Shown here: in pieces, positions 32,261 through 41,799 of the stretch
Numbering within the stretch: the stretch's first letter is position 1
Layout: each line of letters begins with the position of its first letter
Assembly: GCA_036274595.1 (NCBI GenBank)
Contig: DASUFL010000147.1
Coordinates: 26,532-90,531 of the forward strand
DNA from: Candidatus Eiseniibacteriota bacterium
GTDB taxonomy: Bacteria; Eisenbacteria; RBG-16-71-46; SZUA-252
Length of the DNA: 64,000 nucleotides
Reading direction: 5' to 3'
Made by a program: the position numbers and the translations under genes
Notes under the pieces: generated by a model
What the model saw: only the letters and a program-made list of their open reading frames with translations
Database searches by the model: none
Told to the model about the DNA's origin: nothing

Positions 32261-34297
32261 CGGGTCCATGAGCGCCGCGCCCCGCTTCTCGCGCCCCGTT
32301 CCCGCCGGCGCGCCGCACCGCTCGCACCGTCTGAGATTGCGGAGACGCTCCGCGTAGTCCACCACCGTCGAGACGAGCCAGGCGTGCGCCTGGAGCGACG
32401 GCGCCGCCGACGTCGTGGCTCCCCGATAGGGGTGGAGTCTCTCGGGGAGCGCTCCCCAGCCCTCGGCGCGGGCCGCGCACCAGAGGAGGAGCGTTCGCGC
32501 GGGATCGAGATCCTGCGTCCGGCGCGCGGTGCGGATCCCGTGCTGCGCGAGCCAGAGCGTGGCCGCGACGGACGGGCTTCCGGGCACCTCCGAAAGATCC
32601 GTCCCCACCGAATCCACGGGATCCCGCTCGTAGCGCGCGATGCCTCCGACGCCCGTTCTCACCCAGAGCGAGTCCTTCACCGCCTCCACCGTCGCGCGCA
32701 CGCGTGCGTCCTCCGCTTCGGCCTCGCCTAAGAGCCCGAGCCAGAGGAGCGACGCGTCGACCCGGGACTCCGCACGCCAGGAGCGTCCGTCCCGTGCGAG
32801 AGAGGTCGCGAAGCGTCCCCATTCCGAACGGAAGAGATGCTTGGTCATCGAGCGCGCGATCGTGTCGGCGGCTCCGGCCCACGCGCGGGCGCGCGGCGCG
32901 TCGCCGAACGCGGCGGCGAGGCGCGCGGCGCCGAGGAGGCCCGACCGCACGACGACTGCGGTCCAGGCGTGGCTTCCCTCCCGCTCGTCCCAGAGATCGG
33001 GCGATTCCGGAAGCGCGGTCGCCGGATCGAGCGCGGACGCGAGGGAGTCGGCCGTGGGGCGCACCGCGTCGCGAAAGAACGGGCCGGCGAACTCCACGTC
33101 GCGCTCACGCTCGAAGTGGCGCGCGGCCGCCCACAACACGAGCGCCGGGCCCGCTGGATCGCCGCCCGGTCCGACGGGAGCACCGTCCGTGTCGGTCGCC
33201 GGTGGAATCACACCGATCTCGCGGGCCGCGCGCGCCGCGTGCTCGAGATAGCGGCGCGTCGCGCCATGATAGCCCGCGCGTCCGAGCGCGTCCGCCGCGA
33301 TCGCGGCGTCGCGATGGCGGCAGGCTCGCGGCGCGTACCGGTCGGCGCCGGCCGTGCTCGCGGCCTCGAGGTCCGATCCGATCGCCCCGCTCGGCTCCTG
33401 ATGCAGGCGGAGGAGCACGAGGCTCTTGTGGTAGAGCGTCTGGACGTCCTCCGGGAGGTCCGGGAGGTCGCGCGAGCCCTGGCTCACCCAGAGATTCCAG
33501 TGCCCGCGCGTCCGCGCGAGGGACTGAGGCACGCCTCCCTTCCGAAGCGCGGCGTCCTTCTTCCGCGCTTCGCGAAGCGTGGGGGCGAACACGATCCACG
33601 CCGTCACGAGCCCCGACGCGCCCGGCGCGAGCGGCAGGGGAGCCCCTGCGATCGAGTCGCAGCGCCCGCTCGCCTCGGCCGGCCCCTCGAGACGCACGCC
33701 TCCCGGGAGCGCCTCGGCCCCGGCGGCGTCCGCCGACGCACGCGCGGCGACGCGCGCCATGGGGACGCCGGCTCCGTCAGCCGTCTCGAGAGCGACGAGG
33801 GCCACGCGCCGCCCCGCGCGATGCACGACCGCGCGGCTTTCGGCATCCCACTGGACGGTCTCACGCGGCTCGCCGGGCGCGAGCGCCAGGTCGTGATGGA
33901 AGACGACCCTGAGGTCGCGCGTGCGCTCCGCGCGGTTGGTCACCTGCACGCGGCGGACGATCGCATCCAGGAGCATGTCGACGTAGGTCTCCTGCCACAC
34001 CTCGATCTCGAGCTCTTCGGACGCGAGCGCGAGATCGACGATCGGAGCGTCGCCGCCCTCTCCGAGCCGGGCCGCGAACGAGTCGTCGATCCAGCGGAGC
34101 GTGCCGTCCAGAAGAAGACCGATCCTCGCCGGACGGCGCAGGAGCTGATGACCGGGGGAGAGCGAGGGAACGAAGAGCTCGCGGAGCGAGCCCGAGCGGT
34201 CGGCCGTGGCGAGGACCGATCCGTTTCCAACGACGAACGCGCGTGCCAGTGTGTGCCTCCCAGCCTCCCGACCCATTCCCAATGCAACGCATCGCAC
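32231..34297 (-). CDS. Glycoside hydrolase family 15 (glucoamylase/glucodextranase/trehalase-like)
   Basis: 688 aa. The N-terminal beta-domain (FVVGNGSVLATADRSGSLRELF), the (alpha/alpha)6 catalytic region (SLLWLGLLGE, WLAQHG) and the length fit bacterial GH15. The C-terminal tail carries an unusual CERCGAPAG. M at 34276 is an alternative start. Confidence 0.65.
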   Translation of the reverse strand: MRCVALGMGREAGRHTLARAFVVGNGSVLATADRSGSLRELFVPSLSPGHQLLRRPARIGLLLDGTLRWIDDSFAARLGEGGDAPIVDLALASEELEIEVWQETYVDMLLDAIVRRVQVTNRAERTRDLRVVFHHDLALAPGEPRETVQWDAESRAVVHRAGRRVALVALETADGAGVPMARVAARASADAAGAEALPGGVRLEGPAEASGRCDSIAGAPLPLAPGASGLVTAWIVFAPTLREARKKDAALRKGGVPQSLARTRGHWNLWVSQGSRDLPDLPEDVQTLYHKSLVLLRLHQEPSGAIGSDLEAASTAGADRYAPRACRHRDAAIAADALGRAGYHGATRRYLEHAARAAREIGVIPPATDTDGAPVGPGGDPAGPALVLWAAARHFERERDVEFAGPFFRDAVRPTADSLASALDPATALPESPDLWDEREGSHAWTAVVVRSGLLGAARLAAAFGDAPRARAWAGAADTIARSMTKHLFRSEWGRFATSLARDGRSWRAESRVDASLLWLGLLGEAEAEDARVRATVEAVKDSLWVRTGVGGIARYERDPVDSVGTDLSEVPGSPSVAATLWLAQHGIRTARRTQDLDPARTLLLWCAARAEGWGALPERLHPYRGATTSAAPSLQAHAWLVSTVVDYAERLRNLRRCERCGAPAGTGREKRGAALMDPLAPGLVAHT

Positions 34298-34367
34298 GCT
34301 ATCAGAGCGCGCGCCCCGCGGTCAACGATCGCGAGTTCGACTTGACACGATTCCGGCAGGTTTCATC

Positions 34368-35849
34368 ATGGTCGCGGTGAACCACACGCTCATGCAGCTC
34401 GGCCACTCGGCGGGATCGAACGCGATTCTCTGGTTCCATCTCGCGGTGTGGGTCGTGCTGGCCGCCTACGGCCTCCACCGGCTCCACCTCATCCATCTGT
34501 ATCGAAGGCGCCGGCCCGCCCCGGCCCCGCCCGAGCCCGCGGAATGGCCCCGCGTCACGATCCAGCTCCCGATCTACGACGAGCGCTACGTGGCGGGGCG
34601 GCTCCTCGAGGCCGCGGCGGCCGTGGACTATCCGCGCGAGCGCCTCGAGATCCAGGTGCTCGACGATTCCGACGACGAGACGGCCGGTCGGATGGCGCGC
34701 GCCGTGGCGGCGCTCCGCGATCGCGGTCTCGACGCGGTCCACATCCGTCGCGGGAACCGCGCGGGATACAAAGCGGGCGCGCTCGAGCATGGTCTCGCGC
34801 TCGCGAAGGGCGATCTGCTCGCCATCTTCGACGCCGATTTCGTGCCCCCGCCCGACATACTCACGAGGATGGTCCCGCACTTCGCGGATCCGAGGGTCGG
34901 CATGGTCCAGGCGCGGTGGAAGCATCTCAACCGCGACTACTCGCTCCTCGCCCGGCTTCAAGCCATCTCGCTCGACGCTCACTTCCTGGTGGAGCACACG
35001 GCCCGGATGAGCTCGGACCGCTTTTTCAACTTCAACGGCACCGCCGGCATCCTAAGGCGGACGTGCATCGAGGACGCCGGCGGCTGGCAGTCGGACACGC
35101 TCACCGAGGACCTCGACTTGAGCTATCGCGCCCAGCTCAAGGGATGGCGGTTCGTATTCGCGGGGGACGTGGGCTGCCCGGGCGAGCTCCCGGTGGAGAT
35201 GAACGCGTTCAAGGCGCAGCAGCACCGCTGGGTTCGAGGCTCGATCCAGGTCGCGCGCAAGCTCCTTCCGCGGATCTGGAAGAGCGAGGCGCCCCTCGGC
35301 GTGAAGGTCGAGGCCACGTTCCACCTCACGTCCAACGTGCCCTACGTGCTCCTCCTTCTCCTCTCGCTCATCGTCTATCCGGTCGTGCTCGCGCGCTATT
35401 CGAGCCGGAGCGTCTTCTTCCTCGCTGCGGACTCGGCGCTCCTCATCGCCGCGACCGCCCCCGTCCTCGCCTACTTCGCGCAGGCCGAGCGCGGCTCCGC
35501 GCTCAGGCGGCTCCGGTGGGTGCCTCTCGTGATGACGCTCGGAATCGGGCTCGCGGTGAACAACACGCGGGCGGTCCTCGAGGGACTCTTCTGCCGGGCG
35601 GGAGCCTTCCACCGGACGCCGAAGTTCCGGCTGGAAGCGCGGCGCGACCGCTGGCGCGGGAAACGGTACCGGTCGCCGGTTCGCGCGCACGTGCTCCTCG
35701 AGCTCGGGTTCGGAGTCTACTTCGCATGGGCGATGCTGGCGCTCGCCCGCGCGGGGCTCTGGGCGCCGCTTCCCTTCTTCCTTCTCTACCTCTTCGGATT
35801 CCTCTACGTGGGCGGGCTCTCGGTGGCCCACGCCTCGCGCCGCTCCTGA
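34368..35849 (+). CDS. Processive family-2 glycosyltransferase (cellulose-synthase-like / CesA-CslA superfamily) with C-terminal TM helices
   Basis: D, DxD, TED and QxxRW motifs: VLDDSDDET, FDADFVPP, TEDLDLSYR, QQHRWVRGS. The ATG at 34368 is 70 nt from the divergent GH15 start. The upstream 162 nt of the ORF in the track is rejected. Confidence 0.75.
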   Translation: MVAVNHTLMQLGHSAGSNAILWFHLAVWVVLAAYGLHRLHLIHLYRRRRPAPAPPEPAEWPRVTIQLPIYDERYVAGRLLEAAAAVDYPRERLEIQVLDDSDDETAGRMARAVAALRDRGLDAVHIRRGNRAGYKAGALEHGLALAKGDLLAIFDADFVPPPDILTRMVPHFADPRVGMVQARWKHLNRDYSLLARLQAISLDAHFLVEHTARMSSDRFFNFNGTAGILRRTCIEDAGGWQSDTLTEDLDLSYRAQLKGWRFVFAGDVGCPGELPVEMNAFKAQQHRWVRGSIQVARKLLPRIWKSEAPLGVKVEATFHLTSNVPYVLLLLLSLIVYPVVLARYSSRSVFFLAADSALLIAATAPVLAYFAQAERGSALRRLRWVPLVMTLGIGLAVNNTRAVLEGLFCRAGAFHRTPKFRLEARRDRWRGKRYRSPVRAHVLLELGFGVYFAWAMLALARAGLWAPLPFFLLYLFGFLYVGGLSVAHASRRS

Positions 35850-37120
35850 GATCCGGCCGGGCCCGCTGCCGCGCTCGCGGTCGCGCGGGTCCGGAGCCAT
35901 GCCGCGGCGGCGACGAGCGCCCAGACTCCATATTCGATCCAGGGGATCCAGGACGGCAGCGTCCACTCGCCGGTCGCCCGGAAGTGCGGCAGGGGAAGGT
36001 ACGAGAGCGCGACGAGACCGGTCGCGGCGAGAAGGCCCGCGTCCGGATGGAGCGGCAGGAGCGCCGCGAGCGGCACGAGATACCACGGAAACAGGGTGGG
36101 GCTCGCGACGAGGTAGGCCGTGAGGCAGGCGAGCGCGGCGCCGCTTACGGTCCGCGCGCGGGCCGAGATCGCGGCGACGGCCAGGACGAGAAGGGCCGCC
36201 AGGAGGAGCCGCGCGGCATAGCCCGAGCCGAGCGCCGCCCGGAAGAGCGGGAACAGAGGTCCGTTGAACTCCCAGTGCGCCCCGTAGGCCCCGAGTCCAT
36301 GGAAGAGGGCCCGTCCCGCCCTGAGAAAGGGGAGCGTGAGGAGCGCCATGGTCAGACCGGCCGGCATCAAGACGGCCCAGGCCCTCTTCCGGGCGAGCAT
36401 GGGACCGAGGAGAAGGGGCGTATACTTGACCAGAGAGGCGATGGCCCAGGCGACCCCGGCCGGAACACGGCGGCCGGCCTCGAGGAGCGCGATCGCAAGG
36501 ACGAGCGCGGCCGCGGCCAGGAGATCCACGTGGCCGCTTCCGTAGCTCTCGACGAGGACGAGCGGATTCCACGCGAAGAGGAGGATCCGTTCGGGCGCGA
36601 GGCCGCGCCGCCTGAGGAGCGCGAGAAGCGCGATCCAGGCCGCGATCTCGATCGGGAGGTACGCGGCCTTGAGCGCGGCCGGCGTCGCCCGCACCGATGC
36701 GACGGCGGCAAAGAAGAGCTGGGCGGCCGGCGGATAGATCGTGGGGACGTCGGCGTGGTTGAGCCGACCGAAGAGCTCGTTCCGGCGCTCCACGAGCGCG
36801 GGATCGGAGGGGGCGTGAACGAAGGGATTGATGCCGTCTCGCGTCAGCGAGCCGTCCCAGAGATAGCGATACGCGTCCTCGGAGAGCGTGGGCGCGGCCG
36901 GGATGAGAAGGAGCCGGGCCAGGAGCGCCACCCCGAGGATCCAGCGGAGCGCACGCGCGGACATGGGCGCCCGGAGCGCGCGGTACGCGGCCAGGAGATA
37001 GGCGGCGTGGGCGATCGCCCAGAGGTAGAGGAGCAGGGGCGCCTTCGATCCCAGATCGCCGAGCCGTGGAAGCACGGCCGCGAATGCGACGAGCACGAGT
37101 CCAGCCAGAACGAGGATCAT
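35804..37120 (-). CDS. Polytopic membrane protein, probable GT-C-fold glycosyltransferase (DUF2029 / PMT_2-like)
   Basis: About 11 TM helices, a DAYRY motif in the first extracytoplasmic loop, and the general GT-C layout. Weak family assignment. Its 3' end overlaps the convergent GT2 by 46 nt. Confidence 0.45.
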   Translation of the reverse strand: MILVLAGLVLVAFAAVLPRLGDLGSKAPLLLYLWAIAHAAYLLAAYRALRAPMSARALRWILGVALLARLLLIPAAPTLSEDAYRYLWDGSLTRDGINPFVHAPSDPALVERRNELFGRLNHADVPTIYPPAAQLFFAAVASVRATPAALKAAYLPIEIAAWIALLALLRRRGLAPERILLFAWNPLVLVESYGSGHVDLLAAAALVLAIALLEAGRRVPAGVAWAIASLVKYTPLLLGPMLARKRAWAVLMPAGLTMALLTLPFLRAGRALFHGLGAYGAHWEFNGPLFPLFRAALGSGYAARLLLAALLVLAVAAISARARTVSGAALACLTAYLVASPTLFPWYLVPLAALLPLHPDAGLLAATGLVALSYLPLPHFRATGEWTLPSWIPWIEYGVWALVAAAAWLRTRATASAAAGPAGSQERREAWATESPPT

Positions 37121-37152
37121 GGGCCGCTCTGGAATGATGGAGAGGATGGGCG

Positions 37153-38328
<1,176 letters not shown>

Positions 38329-38457
38329 GTGTCGATCTATTATGGAACGAATCGAGTTTCAAAATAGGTCATCTGTACGATTATGGCACGGCCTCGTGAG
38401 GCGGTAGGATTGAAGTTAAGTGTCATAACACCAGCGAGATAACTCCAATGGGCTTTT

Positions 38458-38474
38458 TGGCACAACCGGTGCTT
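38458..38474 (+). promoter_or_regulatory. Sigma-54 (-24/-12) promoter TGGCAC-N5-GTGCT upstream of hsp20
   Basis: TGGCAC at 38458-38463 with GC at 38471-38472, which is the correct GG/GC spacing. It sits 85 nt upstream of the hsp20 ATG, in a low-GC intergenic region directly downstream of the sigma-54 activator gene. An imperfect palindrome GTGTCATAACAC (38420-38431) about 40 nt further upstream is a possible activator site. Confidence 0.5.
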
Positions 38475-38558
38475 TATCCCTCGGCAGGAACAGGGGGCGG
38501 TCCGAACCGCTCCCGAGCAAGACCAACAACGTTCAAGCACGAGGAGGAGAGTACGACC

Positions 38559-39014
38559 ATGGCACTCATTCGTTGGACCCCGGCGCGGGACCCCTTTGCG
38601 TTTCACAACGATCTCAACCGTCTCTTCGAAGAGGTTCTGGGGGTGAGTCGAAGCCAGGGCAGCCCGGTGGCGTGGCAGCCCGCCGTGGATGTCGAGGAGC
38701 ATGCCGAAGGCTTCACGATCCGGACCGAGCTTCCGGGCATGAAGCTCGAGGACGTCAAGATCACCTTCGCCGACAACCAGCTCGTCATTCGCGGCGAGAA
38801 GCGGCGCGAGGAAGAGAAGAAGGAAGCCAATTACATCCGCACGGAGCGCGTGTACGGCCAGTTCGAGCGGGCCTTCACGCTGTCCCACGCGGTCCAGCCG
38901 GAGCGCATCTCCGCGACCTATCGCGACGGTGTGCTCGAAGTGAACGTTCCGAAGGCCGAGGAGGCCAAGGCCCGCGAGATCCCCATCAAGACCTCGCAGG
39001 GAACGCAGTCGTAA
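38559..39014 (+). CDS. Hsp20 / alpha-crystallin family small heat-shock protein
   Basis: RBS GAGGAGGAG at 38541-38549. [13 protein letters not shown]..., the alpha-crystallin domain ([28 protein letters not shown]), and C-terminal IPIK (an I-x-I motif). Confidence 0.85.
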   Translation: MALIRWTPARDPFAFHNDLNRLFEEVLGVSRSQGSPVAWQPAVDVEEHAEGFTIRTELPGMKLEDVKITFADNQLVIRGEKRREEEKKEANYIRTERVYGQFERAFTLSHAVQPERISATYRDGVLEVNVPKAEEAKAREIPIKTSQGTQS

Positions 39015-39018
39015 CGCG

Positions 39019-39035
39019 CGATCCGTCTCGGATCG
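39019..39035 (+). other. Short hairpin (CGATCCG-TCT-CGGATCG) between hsp20 and dnaK, with no T-tract
   Basis: A perfect 7-bp inverted repeat 5 nt after the hsp20 stop. Likely a partial terminator or processing site that allows read-through into dnaK. Confidence 0.3.
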
Positions 39036-39102
39036 GCGTCTGAACGAGCCAGAGGGCGCGGGGAGGCGCACGGCCTCTCCGCGTTTGGCCATGGGAGGGA
39101 CA

Positions 39103-41013
39103 ATGGGCAAGACCATCGGAATCGACCTGGGCACGACCAACTCGTGCGTGGCCGTGATGGAAGGCGGTGAGCCGGTCGTGATCTCGAACTCCGAGGGCAC
39201 GCGGACCACCCCCTCCGTCGTTGCATTCACGAAGACCGGCGAGCGGCTCACGGGCCAGGTGGCCAAGCGCCAGGCCGTGACCAATCCCAAGAACACGATC
39301 TACTCGATCAAGCGCTTCATGGGCCGCCGCTACGCGGAGGTGGCCGAGGAAGCGAAGAACGTTCCGTACGCGGTGAAGGACGGCAAGGGCGGCGAGGCGG
39401 TCATCGACGTCGAGGGGAAGCAGTATTCGCCCCCCGAGATCTCGGCGATGATCCTCCAGAAGATGAAGCAGACGGCGGAGGACTATCTCGGTGAGAAGGT
39501 GACGGAAGCCGTCATCACCGTGCCGGCCTACTTCAACGATACGCAGCGCCAGGCGACGAAGGACGCGGGCAGGATCGCGGGCCTCGATGTGAAGCGGATC
39601 ATCAACGAGCCGACCGCGGCCGCGCTGGCCTACGGGCTCGACAAGAAGAAGGACGAGAAGATCGCCGTCTACGACCTGGGCGGCGGCACGTTCGACATCT
39701 CCATCCTCGAGCTCGGGGACGGCGTGTTCGAAGTCAAGTCGACGAACGGGGACACCCACCTGGGCGGCGACGACTTCGACAAGCGCGTCATCGACTGGCT
39801 CGCGGACGAGTTCAAGAAGCAGGAAGGCATCGATCTCCGCAAGGACGCGATGGCCCTCCAGCGCCTCAAGGAGGCGGCGGAGAAGGCCAAGATCGAGCTG
39901 TCGACGGTCATGCAGACCGACGTGAACCTCCCGTTCATCACGGCGGATGCGTCGGGTCCGAAGCACCTCAACCTGACCCTCACCCGGTCCAAGTTCGAGC
40001 AGCTCGTGGACGATCTGATCGAGCGCACCAAGGGGCCGGTGGAGCGGGCGCTCGCCGACGCGGGGCTCAAGGCCTCGGACATCGACGAGGTGATCCTGGT
40101 CGGCGGCGCGACGCGCACGCCGAAGGTGCAGGAGCTGGTGAAGAAGCTGTTCGGCGGCAAGGAGCCGCACAAGGGAGTCAATCCGGACGAGGTCGTCGCG
40201 ATCGGCGCGGCCATCCAGGGCGGCGTCCTCGCGGGCGACGTCAAGGACGTGCTGCTCCTCGACGTGACGCCCCTCTCGCTCGGCATCGAGACCCTGGGCG
40301 GCGTGACCACGCGGCTGATCGAGCGGAACACCACGATTCCGACGAAGAAGAGCGAGACCTTCTCGACGGCGTCCGACAACCAGACGCAGGTGGAGATCCA
40401 CGTGCTCCAGGGCGAGCGGCAGATGGCGCAGGACAACAAGACCATCGGGCGCTTCACGCTCACCGGCCTTCCGCCGGCGCCGCGCGGCCTCCCGCAGATC
40501 GAGGTGACGTTCGACATCGACGCGAACGGCATCCTCCATGTGGCGGCGCGCGACAAGGCGACCGGCAAGGAGCAGAAGATCAAGATCGAGGCGAGCGGCG
40601 GTCTGAGCGACACCGAGATCAAGCGCATGGTGTCCGACGCGGAGTCCCACGCCGAGGAGGACAAGAAGCGGCGCGAGGACATCGAGGTGAAGAACCGCGG
40701 CGACGCGCTGGCCTACGAGACCGAGAAGAACCTGAAGGACCTCGGGGACAAGGTGGACGCCGAGTCGAGGAGCAAGGTGGAGAGCGCGCTCGAGAGGCTG
40801 AAGAAGGCGGTCGAGCGGAACGACACTGCCGAGATCCGGAGCGCGAGCGAAGCCCTGACCTCGGTCTGGAACGAGGTCTCGAGCAAGCTGTACGCCGAGG
40901 CGTCGAAGGGCCAGGGGCAGGAGCCGCCTCAGGGCGAGCCGCAGGGCGCGCCCCAGGACAAGCGCGAAGGCGGCGACGGAGCCGTCGACGCGGATTACGA
41001 GGTCGTGAAGTGA
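39103..41013 (+). CDS. dnaK: Molecular chaperone DnaK (Hsp70)
   Basis: [18 protein letters not shown]..., [21 protein letters not shown] and [14 protein letters not shown] are canonical Hsp70 signatures. The ATG at 39103 follows GGGAGGG. Confidence 0.95.
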   Translation: MGKTIGIDLGTTNSCVAVMEGGEPVVISNSEGTRTTPSVVAFTKTGERLTGQVAKRQAVTNPKNTIYSIKRFMGRRYAEVAEEAKNVPYAVKDGKGGEAVIDVEGKQYSPPEISAMILQKMKQTAEDYLGEKVTEAVITVPAYFNDTQRQATKDAGRIAGLDVKRIINEPTAAALAYGLDKKKDEKIAVYDLGGGTFDISILELGDGVFEVKSTNGDTHLGGDDFDKRVIDWLADEFKKQEGIDLRKDAMALQRLKEAAEKAKIELSTVMQTDVNLPFITADASGPKHLNLTLTRSKFEQLVDDLIERTKGPVERALADAGLKASDIDEVILVGGATRTPKVQELVKKLFGGKEPHKGVNPDEVVAIGAAIQGGVLAGDVKDVLLLDVTPLSLGIETLGGVTTRLIERNTTIPTKKSETFSTASDNQTQVEIHVLQGERQMAQDNKTIGRFTLTGLPPAPRGLPQIEVTFDIDANGILHVAARDKATGKEQKIKIEASGGLSDTEIKRMVSDAESHAEEDKKRREDIEVKNRGDALAYETEKNLKDLGDKVDAESRSKVESALERLKKAVERNDTAEIRSASEALTSVWNEVSSKLYAEASKGQGQEPPQGEPQGAPQDKREGGDGAVDADYEVVK

Positions 41014-41018
41014 TACTA

Positions 41019-41066
41019 GTGAACGAAGCCGCATAAGGTGAACGAAGCCGCGCGGCGGCTTCGTTC
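41019..41066 (+). repeat. Direct repeat GTGAACGAAGCCGC (2 copies) whose second copy forms a hairpin with GCGGCTTCGTTC
   Basis: Copies at 41019-41032 and 41038-41051. Inverted repeat at 41040-41050 / 41055-41065. Confidence 0.4.
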
Positions 41067-41083
41067 AGAACCAAATCGGCACA

Positions 41084-41120
41084 GCGCCCCGGGAGGCAAG
41101 CCCGGGGCGCTCCATTTTTC
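41084..41120 (+). terminator. Rho-independent terminator downstream of dnaK
   Basis: GC-rich stem GCGCCCCGGG / CCCGGGGCGC (41084-41110) followed by TCCATTTTTC. Confidence 0.6.
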
Positions 41121-41201
41121 GGTCTCGACGACGTTGCCGGGGCGTACCCTCATGCGAGACCTGAACGAGCCGTTCCCCATTCGAGGGAGAGGAGACCCAC
41201 C

Positions 41202-41699
41202 ATGACCAGCCGTGAGCCCGCGAAGGCGACGTTCGCCGCCGGGTGCTTCTGGGGAGTGGAGTCGATGTTCCGCGCGATCCCAGGCGTCCTCGACGCCGTG
41301 GTCGGCTACACCGGCGGACGCACCACCCATCCCACCTACGAGCAGGTGTGCACGGGACGCACCGGGCATGCCGAAGCGGTCCAGGTGACGTACGACCCGG
41401 AGCGCGTCTCGTACGAGACCCTTCTGGAAGTATTCTTCGAGAACCACGACCCGACCACGCCGAACCGCCAAGGACCGGACGTGGGCGAGCAGTATCGCTC
41501 GGCGATCTTCACCCATTCTCCGGAGCAGGACCGCCAGGCGCACGAAGCCGTGGACAAGCTGACCGACGCGAAGCGCTTCCGCCGTTCGATCGTGACGCAG
41601 ATCGCGCCCGCCGCGCCGTTCTATCCCGCCGAGGATTACCACCAGCGCTATTTCGAGAAGCGCGGCATCGCGCCCACCTGCCACGTGATGCCGAAGTAG
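41202..41699 (+). CDS. msrA: Peptide-methionine (S)-S-oxide reductase MsrA
   Basis: AAGCFWGVE (active-site GCFWG), the [16 protein letters not shown]...HDPTT pattern, 165 aa. Confidence 0.9.
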   Translation: MTSREPAKATFAAGCFWGVESMFRAIPGVLDAVVGYTGGRTTHPTYEQVCTGRTGHAEAVQVTYDPERVSYETLLEVFFENHDPTTPNRQGPDVGEQYRSAIFTHSPEQDRQAHEAVDKLTDAKRFRRSIVTQIAPAAPFYPAEDYHQRYFEKRGIAPTCHVMPK

Positions 41700-41799
41700 G
41701 GCCCGCCGCCGCGGCACACGCCCGTTCGCCCCTCCGTGATACGATTCCGCCCCCGGGCCGCATCCGCGGTTTCGGGAGCGCGGGATCCCCGGGGGCCAG

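Noticed and set aside
34342-34370. TTGACA hexamer in the GH15/GT2 divergent spacer as a promoter
   Set aside because: No acceptable -10 (TANNNT) at 16-19 nt spacing, so it is left uncalled.
38329-38457. Possible small RNA or tRNA in the AT-rich spacer upstream of hsp20
   Set aside because: No cloverleaf, T-loop (GTTCRANYC) or stable terminator hairpin could be drawn. The region is better explained as an enhancer/promoter for the sigma-54 promoter.
38986-41034. 682 aa minus-strand ORF
   Set aside because: Perfectly antisense to dnaK; a GC-rich mirror ORF.
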